Positions 1 through 13,800 of a stretch of DNA of 64,000 bases are shown here, piece by piece (the stretch's first letter is position 1; the number at the start of each line of letters is the position of its first letter). Under the pieces are notes generated by a model. That model ran no database searches. It saw nothing but the letters and a program-made list of their open reading frames with translations, and had not been told where the DNA came from. The stretch comes from Ylistrum balloti (Eukaryota): assembly GCF_031769215.1 (NCBI RefSeq), contig NW_026782687.1:124001-188000 (forward strand), written 5' to 3'. The translations under genes and the position numbers were made by a program.

Positions 1-620
1 CGTTATTCTGCTGCAGGAAAGTTCTGGCTCGCCTTATGTGCGCTGGCGCATTATTATGCTGTAAAATATCGCCGATTCCATGACGTTTTGAGAATAGTTG
101 AACCACATCTTGTCTTGTACGATTCTTCCAACAAATACCGCAAAACATCTCCGTTCCGCGACGAAGCAGTTCACGAAATGCTCTCTTTGTTGCATCCACT
201 GTTCGTCCTCCGTCATTGTTTGGTGGAGACAAAATCGGGACTAATATGAAAACATTACAGTATCTCATTGTCGCAAAGCCCAATAACAGTGATAGTTTCA
301 GTGGTGTCACAACAAAAGGGGTGCAGAATAGTGACGCCGTGCTTTTAATTGGTAGACATTAAACTGATGAAGGACTGTGTAGGCGGTTACACGACTCCCA
401 AACAATGCACTGATCTCTACTGAATTGATTTCACATGCGTATTTATCGTATACGACAGTCATCCCTAGCCGTTGTTTTTGGCCTAGTTTGATTCGAACAA
501 CTTATAAAATATATATAAATATATATATTGCCTTAACGCTTGCAACCAATACGCTGTGCCGATCGACGCCGAGAGCCCCAGTCTTGATCATTATATAACA
601 TTTTCCTTAGTATTTGTGAC
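1..620 (-). mobile_element. Degraded Tc1/mariner transposase remnant in intron 5 of SDR A
   Basis: The minus strand, read across frameshifts, gives KTTARDDCRIR, SRFCL..., REHFVNCFVAER and QHNNAPAHIRRARTFLQQNN. These resemble the Tc1 segments TTxRxDRxI, DESRF, ERFxxCxVxER and QxDNAPxH...FLQQNN. Confidence 0.72.
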
Positions 621-876
621 ATTCGCGGCATATAAAGTTGATAATGGCTGGAACAGGTCTTAGTTCGATTTATTAATAAAATTCTAGCGGTGAGACCAAA
701 TAGTCATAGAAAACCTCGTGGCGCCGTTCCGTTATTACGCTTGCATGAATGTAAAATATTGCCGTTTTGTTATAATGAAAAAAATTTAATCATTTCATTC
801 TCAATAGATTTCAGGTGTTTGTTAGGAAAAACATGTTAACGTTTCCTTTTTGATGTTTTCTACGTGTACGACTTAC

Positions 877-3800
877 CTGATATAACTTTGACCTATTGTA
901 GAAGGTCAATCCATCAAATGTGTTCTCGGTGAATTGCTTGCCTTGGATCTCGTCATACTGGAAGGATGTCATTCTATGGGCTATGCTAGATACTAAGATT
1001 ACACGGCAGTCTGGGCCTGATGTCTTCATAATCGGTAAGAGATGGGCAGTCAGCAGGAAGTGGCTCAAATAATTCACCTGTTGGGATTAAAACATGAATA
1101 GCAATACTACAAATAACAGAATTACGAATAAATTGGTTTTATTTTCACTTGTCTTTCCAAGTCACTCGGACCATGCGAAGGCAATAGATTAACTTAACGC
1201 GTGTTGCCCTATCCCATGCTCCAGTGAAACTGATTGAAATGAACAATGCGACACGAATATCATCACATGACTACTGATTGCCGAAAGATAGTTTAACTAC
1301 ATTTGCCAATATTTGAGAAAAAAAAACTAATGTAAACATAAAGAAATGCAACTTTTAAGTGATTGATCAGCAACACTCCTGTCATCTTACTGCAAGATGC
1401 TTGTGAATGGATAAGTGTGATCGTTGATTAATATTGTGAGTCTTCTTTCACTGTCTGTTAACTGAAAGGAGACTGTCAACGACTTGTCAAAGCAACAGAA
1501 CAGCTCAAGTTGTTGCTGTTTCTAAGACTGTTACTCCTTGTAACTGTAAGACTGTTGTTACTCATTGAGAAAAAATATGTCGTTCTGTCGATGGTGGATG
1601 AAAGGTTGTATTATCACATTGCTATACAAAGAATTCATTCTTTGAACCGACCGTGCGTCACTGTCCTCATTTTGAGTTAGCAGCGTTGCTTGTTTCGTAA
1701 ATTTCTTTCAGAAGCATTGTTGTGCAACTTTCACCAAACTGGAAGTCCTACATGGAAATTAATCTACCGAATTTAATTTCAATATATAATTATTCTTTGG
1801 TAATTAGTATCTAGCTTACAATACATTATCTAAAAAAGTAACTAAATACAATGATGTGTGAAATGCTATCTTAGTGCAATGTGTAAGAGAATTTACCTGA
1901 AACAGGAATTCGTTTCCATCTTCGGTGTATTCTGTAATAAAAAAGTAAATTATGAAAGAAATATTTGTAAAGTATATTTCAAATGCATTCCAATGAAATT
2001 AACATATAAACATTTTTTTTATGCTATGCAATGATATATGCTTAAGTTATCTTCCTTACAAATACTTCTGTTGCCACGTTCTCAACGGTTAACACACGGA
2101 ATTCGACGCTAAATGATGTTATTTTGTCTACAATTGCCTAGTATATGGTGGACCTCTAACCCTGTACAAATGTTCAAGGCCCTAGTAGCTTTTGTGAGCT
2201 CCATTGTAGCAATCAAAACAGCACACCTCCTCAATGTGTCCACAAATATGTTAATGAATACCCGGAGAAAATTTTCCCACTCTGCTTGTATCGAAGGTAC
2301 TGACCAATTCTGAATAGGATTCCATTTGCACACAAGAAGTTTGCGATATCCTTGCGGTATGTGGACGTGCGTTAGTTATATTGCAACTCAAACCCCTTGA
2401 CAAGGAGAAAAGGAATCATAAGTGGCCTGAGCGTTTGATCAATGTAACATCATGTTGTTAGTCCATGTCCAGGGCCATCACCACGGAAGATAAGGAATAC
2501 AGGCTGAATGTCATAAGCAATGCCACCAAAAATGAAAGCTGAGACACAGTTCCATCTCTCTGGTGCTTTTTATTTCCGGTTATGTTTGGCTATCTCAACA
2601 CCACGGAAACAGTACTGAATATTATAGTCCAATCATCCTAATTGCGTGTTTTCCACATAAAAAAGTGACACTTTACTTCAACAATAAGATGGTCATGGAG
2701 CGATTTTAAGAGAAAAATATAACATATTTATATATATAGAAACCGTTATGACAGAACGCACATATTTTCATAAGGGTGTGTGAACTGTTGGTAATTGAAA
2801 TCGTTCATCAGATTCCTGGCAGACCTCGTCTTGATATCACAAAACCGTATCAAAGACTTTGACAGGACTCTCTGCGTAACGTGGCCAGACAGCAAGAATC
2901 TCGTAGAATGAGACTAGCGTCTTTGAACATTCCGTTTGAAACCAGTTGATGCCGGAAATTGGTGCAATAACGTAAACGACTGTAACGCAATGCTAACATT
3001 GGTCCACAATACAGCCGTCCTGCCCTCGCTTCTGCTCTACGTTCACGACGTCAGATGGTGTCAGACCTGATCCTTGGGTTGGGAATTCGAGTGGTTTCCA
3101 TTGCTATTACTGTGATAGTACGGAAGTTGCTGCGTATGTTTTCTTACTCGCTGACCACAAGGTTTAGATTGTACTACAAACGGTTGCCGCCATTGTACAC
3201 GTGTAATTTTGGTGCTAGCATGCTTTATGAGTTGAATGTAACCCAGCGAGCGACCGTGCGATAGGGAGGTGAGTTCATGTGTAAAGAACAAAATTCATAA
3301 TTACAACCGAACTATAAAGCTGATACCCATTTGAGGTTGAGAAACACAAGATATATACATTACATTTTTGTGACTACATGCCATTATTATGAATTAAGCG
3401 CATGAATAAGCAACCAACGCTAAAATCAATACAGTTTATATAAATTACTTTACTGGTAATTATCAGAACACAGTTCTTACCTTGTTTGTGAACCCCTATA
3501 CCTGCGTTACATATAAGGGTATGCAGTTTGAGTCCACTGGCTTTGAACTCCTCAACAAACGTCATCACAGACTTTATGGACGCGTTGTCTAGCTTCATGA
3601 AGGACACATTCAACTCTTCCAGGTCACACACTCCTTCTGTTACATTCTTTTTCTCTTCAAGGAACTCTGTGTTCATTTGTTTGATAGCCTGATGGAATAC
3701 ATAGTTATATTAAATCAGTGTAGTGAGATAAAAAAACAATTAAAGTGTTTCCGAGACCTCTTCCTAAGATAACAATATCATCTTGTTATCGTAATATATT

Positions 3801-5347
3801 TTTATCTCATAATGGATTCTTTTCAACTTGTGTTTTCAGCTTTTAGATCGGTACAGATTAACATAATCAGATAAGGAAATAGAATATATTCATAAACATG
3901 TCTTCAGATGTTATAGAAATATATTGCAGTTGTCGTTTATATCATAATAGTATGAAACAAATAACATGCAAAAGGTTTTGTTTTAAACAATCACAGAGAA
4001 TCTCAAACAACAAATCCAGTGCTCTTCTCTGATTTAATGAACATCACGGTGCCTCAAACATTGACAGAACCTCGTGCGCTGTCAGTAGGATTCAAACCAA
4101 GGCCCATGAGTCCAGAGATATACCAACTGCATCATATAGTCCCATAGGCATGCTATCACATGTATTTCAATAGAAAACTCATTGTTACCTTTGTTGCCTT
4201 CTCATCTGACCGACAGGCTATTATGACTTTGGCTCCCATCATGGCGATCCATTTTGCCGTGTGATAACCGATACCTACAGGACATGAATAACTTAATTGA
4301 CATGTATATCCTATATACTGACAGATTTAAGAAAAAGTCACAATTATACCGTGAAAAGATAGCAAACTCGACGAAGGCAAAATATATCGTAGACCCTCAC
4401 AAACTATCAAGTTATCCATAATGATGAACACTTCCGGTATCACACATGACATCTACCATAAGATCCCGTTCATTATTTGGGGGAGAAATCACAGTATAGC
4501 AATCTGCAACGATTGTGTTTATAACTGTTGTTTTGTTGGTTGTTTGACAGCATTTAAACATCGAAGTCAAATTAAGACGATGTGAGGTTAGACATTACCG
4601 AAAAATGGGTTGATAGGCCTAACTTATCAATATTGCTTTCATAAATATCTCCTATGCATAAGACGACAGAATATCAGCCACACCTACCGGGGCCTGCATT
4701 AGAACCTCAAGAGGATTATGGTAGGAACTGAAAGCATCAATGATTGTACAATTGATATACGGGAAAAGCATCGTACCATAAACTTTGATACAATAGAGCC
4801 AAATTATGCTCTCATTTAGGAATGTGATATTACTTATTTGAATCAGCATCAGTAATTTATTTTAATGATTAAATATCTTTTGAAGATCGTATTTAAGAAA
4901 TTAATATTCCACCTGATATATTTTAATAAAATTTATCTATCTATCTATTTCATGATTAAACATCGTCAAACCTGTAATCTTGTATACAGACGTAAACACT
5001 GTGTGTATGTATACACACCTTGTAAACATCAATATAGCTTTTGTAGGACGATATCAGTTAAAGATAAGCCAAAAATAAAACGTGTCTGTACCTATCAGGA
5101 ATACATTAGAATGATGTTTTAACTACTACATGTCCAACGGAAGAAAATTGATTGATTTAATATCTATCCAAGAAAGGTATCACGTTAATGTACATATATA
5201 ACCTGTACATGTATAACCTCTCTCTTGAACAAGGAAGTAAGTGCCTTTCATTAACACATGTGAATACCTACCTTGATTTCCACCTGTGATTATCACCACT
5301 CTATCTCTCGGTAGAGAAACTCGCGGAAAGGAATGTTTACCTCCCAT
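877..5347 (-). CDS. SDR paralogue A (retinol dehydrogenase/WWOX-like), exons 1-5; exons 6-8 lie beyond the left edge
   Basis: Exons 5347-5272, 4274-4189, 3688-3481, 1931-1897 and 1077-877, all GT-AG with compatible phases. Translation: MGGKHSFPRVSLPRDRVVIITGGNQGIGYHTAKW...ACRS...CNAGIG...VNYLSHF...VSS...YNRSK. It shows the TGxxxGxG, NAG and YxxxK SDR motifs and no lesion in the visible part. Confidence 0.93.
2810..3270 (+). mobile_element. Possible second Tc1-like transposase remnant in intron 3 of SDR A
   Basis: The plus strand reads PGRPRL...RKRL*RNANIGPQYSRP and ...SDG.R, weakly resembling the Tc1 GRPR linker and DNA-binding region. There are many stops. Confidence 0.4.
4081..4143 (-). 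mobile_element. tRNA-derived SINE head or pseudo-tRNA
   Basis: The minus strand has an A-box-like TGATGCAGTTGG and a B-box-like GGTTTGAATCC (4088-4098) at tRNA-like spacing, with no clean cloverleaf. Confidence 0.45.
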
Positions 5348-6069
5348 TTTAAGAATTAGGTGAACGCTTTCCTGTCAATAAATGCGTCTTTAAACATTAC
5401 TAATGTTGTAGTATAGTTCAGTTTCAGTACATACACAAACGATGACCAGCCACGCGTGACCTGTATACATGTGTATCCTCAGTAGACCATGTTGTGTATG
5501 ATTGTCTTCCTTCCAATGACGTCATTAGTTGGTCATCATGATGCAGCCTGATGTGCCTATAACCCGGACATCACCTTATACAATATCTCCGTGTTGGGTC
5601 CAAACACAAAACACGGGGTATGTGCTCATGCTGTGTCGCCTTACCCGGATATACAAGTGTTTATTCACCGTGACTAGTTTACAATGTACGGTTTGTGGGA
5701 ACATGTGTGCGATGTGTATACACATGTGCTAGATCTATTGTTGATAATTTGGAGAGTAAATGGCGCGTTCATGTCATGATAAGGACTTTTCATATTTTAA
5801 ACTTGTGAATAATGGACAAAGTGTTTTAACGTTCAGTTCATTTCACTGCCTTCTCTGTTCTTAATTTTCTTCGTTATTTAATTTATCATTTGGTGCTACA
5901 GTATCCGATTGTAACTCGTACGGGAAGTTGCTGTGAATTGGTGTGTTTACATAAACAACGTTTTATTGCTAGCTCGTCTGGTTGTCTATCAAAACATTTC
6001 TTCAAACATTTTACTACCACTCTTTGTACTATCTAATCATATTTATAGTTTTCTTGTGATGTTGTTTAC

Positions 6070-6300
6070 TCAAGAGGAGTTGGATTATTTAAAATTTCCT
6101 ATTGTTATTTTTTTTTCAATTTTCGATTTATTTTAGGACTTGTTCCCAGTCTCCCAATTTTGCCGGCAACTGGCAGACAAACTCAGGGTTTCGAGAGATA
6201 CAGGTTGGGGAAGGTTTAGGAGAAGTTTTACTGTCGTCATAATAATCTCATCCAGAGATATTTCTGTCCGGTTTCTGATTTCCCTATTCCATAACTGTTA
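6070..6300 (+). mobile_element. Penelope-like RT C-terminal fragment
   Basis: Reads NFPIV...TQGFERYRL...KFYCRHNNLIQRY. It matches other copies in the window (10240, 46060, 63290). Confidence 0.6.
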
Positions 6301-7820
6301 CGTTATGATTCCGTTCTATGGATTTCGGACACAGTTAGTAGCGATCGATACGTATTACGTGGTTTCTTTGTATGTATTATGTTGTATGCTGGTATCTTTA
6401 AGAGCTCCGGTGGCAAGAGCTTCCAACAGTCTTATGTAATACCTAGGAGATCAAATTAAGTCCCTCTTTTGGTCTATTAGCCTTTCTGTAGGCTGTTGTA
6501 TAAAACGGGTTACAAAGACATTTTTGGAATATTTTAGTACAGGTTAGTAATGTCAATAGAATAGATGTTCTTATAACACAACCGGTAGAAGATTAGAGTG
6601 TGACATTACGATAACGGTCACCTTCATCTGACAAATGACCATTGTGGACCTTGCCAATTCATCCCATGCATGAAGATTTTTTATTTTTTTTATTTTGGAT
6701 AGATAAAAATACATCCGCTCATCCACATGCAAATGTTTTATTTAAACCATATCCGAATTAAAGATACAAAACAATAATTATTTGGCTCACAATACATAAC
6801 CAAGATGTTTTCGATGTCAAAATGCTAAATTTATCTACAGACAGACTAACATTTACAATTTACAGGAAAAATTATATGTACTGAAAGATGACAATTACTT
6901 CAACTGAAATCACAATTTCTTACAACGCCGCCTAAAATGTGAATGCTAATTATGTAAGGATATCTCCTTTCGTCAACCATCTTTCATATACTCAGACTCG
7001 ACTCGCACACAAATGATTTTGAAACAACCAAATCAAAAAAAGCTGGGCCATGTAAACATCATTCATAGACTCCCAGTAGTCATTGACTTTCCCATCCAGC
7101 TAGGCATCGCGACTTATACGTACAAAAACACTCTACAAGAAAAAAATGGAGCAATCCACTATCACGAGACAACGACAGGGCCACAGTTAATAAAAAAAAA
7201 GGACATATATATTATCACTTGTTATAAAATTCCATTTAAGCACATAGAAACGCACATGTCCTCACACTCACTCACCTTCGCACATGCATGATTATAAAAA
7301 TTGCCGGTCATTCCAGCCCTCAGTCCAAATGTAGGTAACACTGACTGGCACCTCTCCCAATCTCATGGTATTCATCAGTAGAATGTTCGAGACTCAAACA
7401 AAGCAAAACGTATTATAACTGGAATATTTGTAGGCTGGAACATATGTCACAATTACTACTGAAATTATAGAACTGCAGCACGGTACAATGACAAAACGTG
7501 CACAGTAATATACACAATATATTGATAAAAAATATTAACTCTTCATCAATATTGTTTACGCGCGTTAGAAAGCAGCCTACCCTACTTGTCTTGATAACGA
7601 AATGAGCGAAATGACAGGTAGGATTGCTAGGTATGGTCAAGACGGCTTAATGCAATCATTTGCCGCTCGATAAGACCACTCGCAGGACAAAGCATATTGT
7701 TTTGTGAAATGCTCTGTTGTGCTACAATGTTTTCATCATATGTAAGCTATCATGGTGTTTGTCGCCATGTGAACCTTAGTGTTGTTTGTTTGTTTAGTTT
7801 CCTTGGAGAGACCATGGTGT

Positions 7821-10800
7821 CTACGGCGACCATCGTACAGAACCACGCTTTAGGTTGCTCTTGACGTTGCCGTTCAGCTCACTTTTGACGTCATCCGTAA
7901 GGTAACAATCCAGACTATCAAGAGTGTACTGCCATAGCGATTCTTGGTACGCAACGTTTCTAAAAACGAAAGGTCATCATAATTAATATTAATTTGCTGT
8001 TTCTTACGAGTAATATTTAAATTAATCGTTTTTTCATTATCAAAATTTTAATAATGCTTAAAAGAAATGTTTAAATTTCATGAACCCGTAGCTGATGAAA
8101 AACACGTTACAATGTAAGAACCAAAGCAGATAGCATTCATTTTACTGTTAATTTTAACATGGAATTTAACACAAATGTACCTTGCAGCTTCTGCCGGACA
8201 CTCGCCTCTACATTTAACAAAATACACATCCCTCACTCCGGCTAAGTCAGGATTTATAGCAGCATTAAGGGTTGTCTGAGCTCCTTCAAATGGATCTACG
8301 GAGTAACCTTTTACAACAGAAATGGTATATAAAAATCAGCGTCCACTACCAACGTATTCAGCCTTATCGTTAATTGAATCAAAAGTTTATATTTTACCAT
8401 TTCTGTAATACTGTTCACTTTTATCAAAATACTCTATCCGTATTGTTAACGCCACTGAAAAGTTTAACGTTTTTCTAGCAAAAACATATCTCAGTCGGAT
8501 TAACAGACACAAATGCGCTGTAATGATATCACTGATTGGTTAAAAAGTCTTACACCTTAAGATGAGCGATATAGTGATTCAATCCTCGAAATTTCAACGT
8601 TATAACCTACATGTTTAGTTTTTCTCTGCTTATTCTTCCCGCGTTAGGATTTCTGTAAAAATGATTTTTGCAGCTGTTTATTCTGTGTATGATTAATAAG
8701 GTTAGGTTTAAGCTTCAGTTATTCAGGGATTTTTTTCTCAAGGAAAACGCCATCCTATGCTTTTTTTCATGGATAATAACAATACGTGACCAACCAAAAT
8801 AACAGAAACGATCCAGCAATGTAGATGGCAAAATCCTCACCAATCAGCTTTGCCATAAACATGCCCACTCTCATAGTTGGGAAGTCTTTGAAATTTCTTT
8901 CTAGTTCTGTTCGTACCACCCCTGGATGTAATGACGTAACAGTAACGTTTGAACTTCGGAGTCGACGATTCATGCTGTACATCTGCATAATCTAAAACAA
9001 ATTTAATGGTATTGTTTAAGTATAAGAAATCAGTTAATACATCAGGTTTATGAGAGCAAGGTGAGTAAATCTATGACTTGTTATCTTGAATCTAAAAATA
9101 ACTACTAATTATTTCACTACTTATTCTTTTGTTTGTGTAAGTGACGAGTGGTTTCCAACCTGATTTATAAAATATTACGCAATCGTCAAATATCAGCTGT
9201 TTGGCTATCTTGTTACTCCGTTTGGTATTATAAATAACTATTAATCGAATTTTAAACTATTTCAAAATTTAACTTCTATATCATCAACACTTATAAATCA
9301 TTAAAGCTCAAATAAGAAGATACATCAACTTATGTGAATATGATACGCAAAATGTCCGCGATAAAAAGAACAAGGGGAATTTGAATAGATGGATTAGTAA
9401 AAAAGGGATTAGTAAAAAAGGGATTTTATTCCAACCATTTCTTAGGAATTCTAGAGTTTCCTGAATAACGTCGACACAGGCAGAACAATGTTTTACAATT
9501 GATACAATTCTGCAAAAATGATTAATGACTTGATTATAAAAATGCACACTGTCTTACCTGGTATAGTTTTGAACGGCCGTAATACTGTAGTCTATCGAAA
9601 GTTCGTGCTGAACACTGTTTGCCATGTATAGTTGACAGTTCAAACTTAGCAAGGCTGTGTAGCATGCTGGATACAAGTACAATACGGCAATCATCTCCTG
9701 ATCGCTTCATAAGGGGAAGTAGATGTGCCGCAATCAAAAAATGGCTAAGGTAGTTCACCTAAGGATTGGAAAATTTGAGAATGCAGTTTTGCCAAGGAAA
9801 CATTATCTATTTGATTGTATTGAAATAAATGATAAGTACTAGTAAGGACAGCAAGATAAATGGATTCTGAGAATTCACTTAGAAGTGTTAAATTCTTTTC
9901 CTTTATCTTTAAAATCGTTAGAAATAAGTTCTTTTTTGAAAAATACATTGGGCTTACCTGAAAATGGATTTCGTTGTCGTCTTCGGTAAAAGCTGTAAGA
10001 AAATTATTGAGTGAATTGAGTGGATGTTTAATTTTTAAAAGCAGGAAGAAGTTGTTAATGTTCAAATCTGTAACACAAACGGTATTATCAAATGTCCCTA
10101 ATAGGAATATATGCTTATACTTTGGATATTCGAGAAAAAGGGTTTCAGCTTTTGTCATTGCAATCGGTATCCTTCTTTTCAGTTGGCAGACGATAACAGT
10201 TTATTTTTGAAAATGTCCATTAAAATGCCTTTCTTTCAAGGAATTCCGCGTCTTAGCAACAGTCAGGGTCGTATATCTACAGTATATTTCTGGATAGCAA
10301 TATTCCTACATCCCCAATCTAAGTTGTTTAAATGTCGCACTTGACTCGATATTCAAGGGCTGTTCCCATTATCATGATTTTTGTGGGAGAAGTCAACTGA
10401 CGGACAAACTTGTGACACATGGCCTAAAAAGGGAAGTTTACGGACGTTAAAGTGATGTTATTGAGAAATATTGCTTCTTTGTACGATATGAAGCTGGACG
10501 TGTTTGATGCTAGTAAGGTTTCCTGATGGTTATATTGTCGTATGTCATTTTAGAATGAGACTTTTCTTATGTTTACAGGGCGGGTGTCGTCCGTGAGGCA
10601 GATACGCTTATTCTTCCGAATCACCTGGGCCCGTATTCACGAAACCGTTCTCATGCTCAAGGATGAATTTTGTGCTCAAGCCGTATGTCTTGTTCAAGTT
10701 AAAAATCGACAGATAAGACTGATTTTGCCAAAGATTTCTAAAAAATGTTGAAAAGACTCCAGGTCAAAGTTATATTCAATGTTTATATTTGACATTTGTA

Positions 10801-13800
10801 ATATTTTATACGGTTTAGGAGAATTATAAAAAAAGTTTGCTTGAGCACAATACCTATGCTTGAGCATGAGAATGGTTTCATGAATACGGGTCCTGATCTT
10901 ATACTTGTTTTTTTAATAGTATGCGTGTAATCATTCTTTTGTTTATATTTTGCCCTCGTTTTAATGAATTGGAGATTGGATTATGATTATATTGACATGT
11001 TGGTATTGTCTTGTTGTTTTATTGAATCAGCCTTGACCTAATTTCTAGTTATTATTCAGTAATAACCGTGACATAGTGACGTAACATCTTCCCGTTATCA
11101 TCATGCAAGCTTACCTTGTTTATGCATTCCGACACCAGCATTACATATCAAGACATGGAGGGCAAGACCGGTTTTCTTGAATTCGTCAATAAACTCCATT
11201 GTTGATTTGAGAGAACTACAGTCCAACTTCATGAAGAAGACTTTAAGCTGCATTGCGCCTTCGAGACCTCCAAGTGACCCCTTGGTCTTTTCATGTTCAT
11301 ACTCTTTCTTCATCCGGAAAATCGCCTGTAGAACATTCAATAACACAAATCGTGACGCTTCAATGAATTTACCCCATGTATTCAATAATGTGTAATACGT
11401 CTCTCTTTTATTTAGTGTATGTTGGTGTTGGTGGTGATTTATGTTTGTGTGTGTGTTTGTATGCGTGCGCGTGCGTGCGAGCGTTCGAGCGTGCGTGTGT
11501 GTGTGTGTGTATGTGTGTGAGAACATCAGATTTAGCCTATGACAAAGTCATTTAGTTAATTGTAACCGACTTGTTGGAGAAAGGGAAGTCAATAGGGATG
11601 CGCAAGAAGACCAATCAAAGTACAACTTTATAAAAAAGTTTCATCCAAATAATATCATACTCTCAAAATGAATATCTTGGATGAATGGTACTAAATGCTG
11701 GAAACAGAAAGTATATAAAGGTGAATTACAGTTAAATTTTATTAACTCTCATGGTCCTGAAGTTGGCGTAATCTGAACTTTTATGGTTTATTTCATTTGA
11801 ATAATGACAAGAAAGATATGTACTTGAAGTTTTTAAAACCATCTGATATCTGAAAATACTTAATTTTCTTCTTATTTGTCGGGCGCATCAGCCTTCCTCT
11901 CTAGATTTTTCATAGCTCTTTTGATCAATTGAATTTCTTCAGCGTTACTGCTGTTTATACTCATAGTATCTCCGACAGGTCATAATTAGACGGAACAATT
12001 AGATAATGCGACGTTATTCACTATTTGGTTCTTCTGTGAATAATTCTAAATCAAAACTAAAAGAAGAATTTCTCTTGTACAATCCGTTATGTCAATGCGG
12101 CAATATGTAGCTGCTTCTGATAGTATTGTTATCTAATGATATGTGATGTTCAGGTAAATGAACATATTATTAAGTTTTAGACCGGCATTAATAGATATTC
12201 GCATTTGTTTCCTTGTTGCATTGCAAGCTGTCCAGCGAAGCTTTGTATGTTATAGGCGATGCTGCAGTTTAATTAGGCATCAACACGCAACTGATGTGCT
12301 AATGACTTTATGTGTAGGAAGATTAACTATACAATGACGCAGTACTTAATATGATTCAGTTATTACATGGATTTTCTATTTATTTCCGCTTGTATCTCAC
12401 ATCATTTACTGTAACCTTGTCATTCAGTACACAGTTGTTCAGTTGACACCATTTTCCATCTTTGTTACTTGAATAGGGCTGAGTGTTTCCTACCGAATCT
12501 TGTCGGTATCGAATCAGTCTATGCTGACGCAAAATATCCCATCAAACATGAATCTATTTCTATAAATAGGAATAATAGCTTATTTGCGTACCTCTTCTGC
12601 TCTGGTCTTCGATCTGCATGCCATTATCACAGTTCCCCCTAACATTGCTATCCATTTTGCTGTTTCGTATCCGATGCCTGCAAAATAACAACATATGTTA
12701 TCGTCATAAAGTTTGTTTTTAGATGGTCTTATGTAATCCAAAAATTACAAAGAAACAGAACTGCTGATGGGAGTTTATGTTTGAACTTTACAGTTTAGTC
12801 TGACTGAATGCCTTACCTGACGCCCATGTGAGATTTAATATTGATTTGATCATATTTATCTTTAAAACGAATGTGTTATCTTACATTCTAGCAGATCTCA
12901 TGAAATCATAGTTATGGAAAAAAAAAAATTTCAGAAGGGCATCTTGTACTTATAGCGACTTTATCATTCATGCACACAGTACCGGTAACATTTGGGGCAA
13001 TGTTAATTAGGAACATGATGATATTGAGCGAAAAATCCCAGCTTTTACGATAGAGTAAATAAAGTAATGGGAACTGCAGATACATACAATGGCCTACAAG
13101 AGCATTGTGACGTCACAATATAGGAGGAACAGTTGCAATTATAGTCTCGTAATTGCCGCCGGCGCTCAGAGTCACCTCTTGTATCGTTAAACCGGACATA
13201 ATACTTACACTGAGTCTTGTGCAACTCATCTCTTAAAAACTTTATAGAGAGATCAAGAGAATGGGTGACTCATATCAGAGTTACCTCACTTATATAAACG
13301 TGCCACTTTTTTTTATAAAGTTTATGATATATTAGATAATTCACGCTCAAACTAAGTATTTACATAAATTTGAAATTAAATATAACTGTGCCAATGTTCT
13401 GGTACCTAGGAGAGCAATTTTGTGTGTAACTTCACAGATAAATACCAACATGTGAACGCAGTCGTAATCCAACTTCAAATTAAAGAAAAATAGGGCAATA
13501 AAAGATTTGAATGGAGACTCATGCGAAGACCAAGGACAATAAGACCGAGTGATCCATCCAAGTAAGAGGTCGCAATGGAGAACAAGGTATACAACAACGG
13601 AACCAAGAGATAAACTTATTTGTACCGCCGTTCACCTTTCTTGGAAAAGAAAACTGCCATAAAAAGGAAAATGAAGATGATTTTTTGTTAAGAATGGAGT
13701 ATGGTGGTGTACAAAGTGGAAAACCGAATGTTCTACTAGAAGAAATGTTTTAAAAACAGGATGTTTAGGACTGGTCAGAAGCTCTTTAGAATTCTTAAAA

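Noticed and set aside
2109-2333. Overlapping short ORFs in intron 3 of SDR A
   Set aside because: No recognisable motif or consistent splice signals; probably decayed repeat sequence.
11326-11526. His/Thr/Arg-rich N-terminal extension of track ORF 11101..11526
   Set aside because: It is intron 2 of SDR B read through a GT microsatellite. The real exon starts at the acceptor at 11325.
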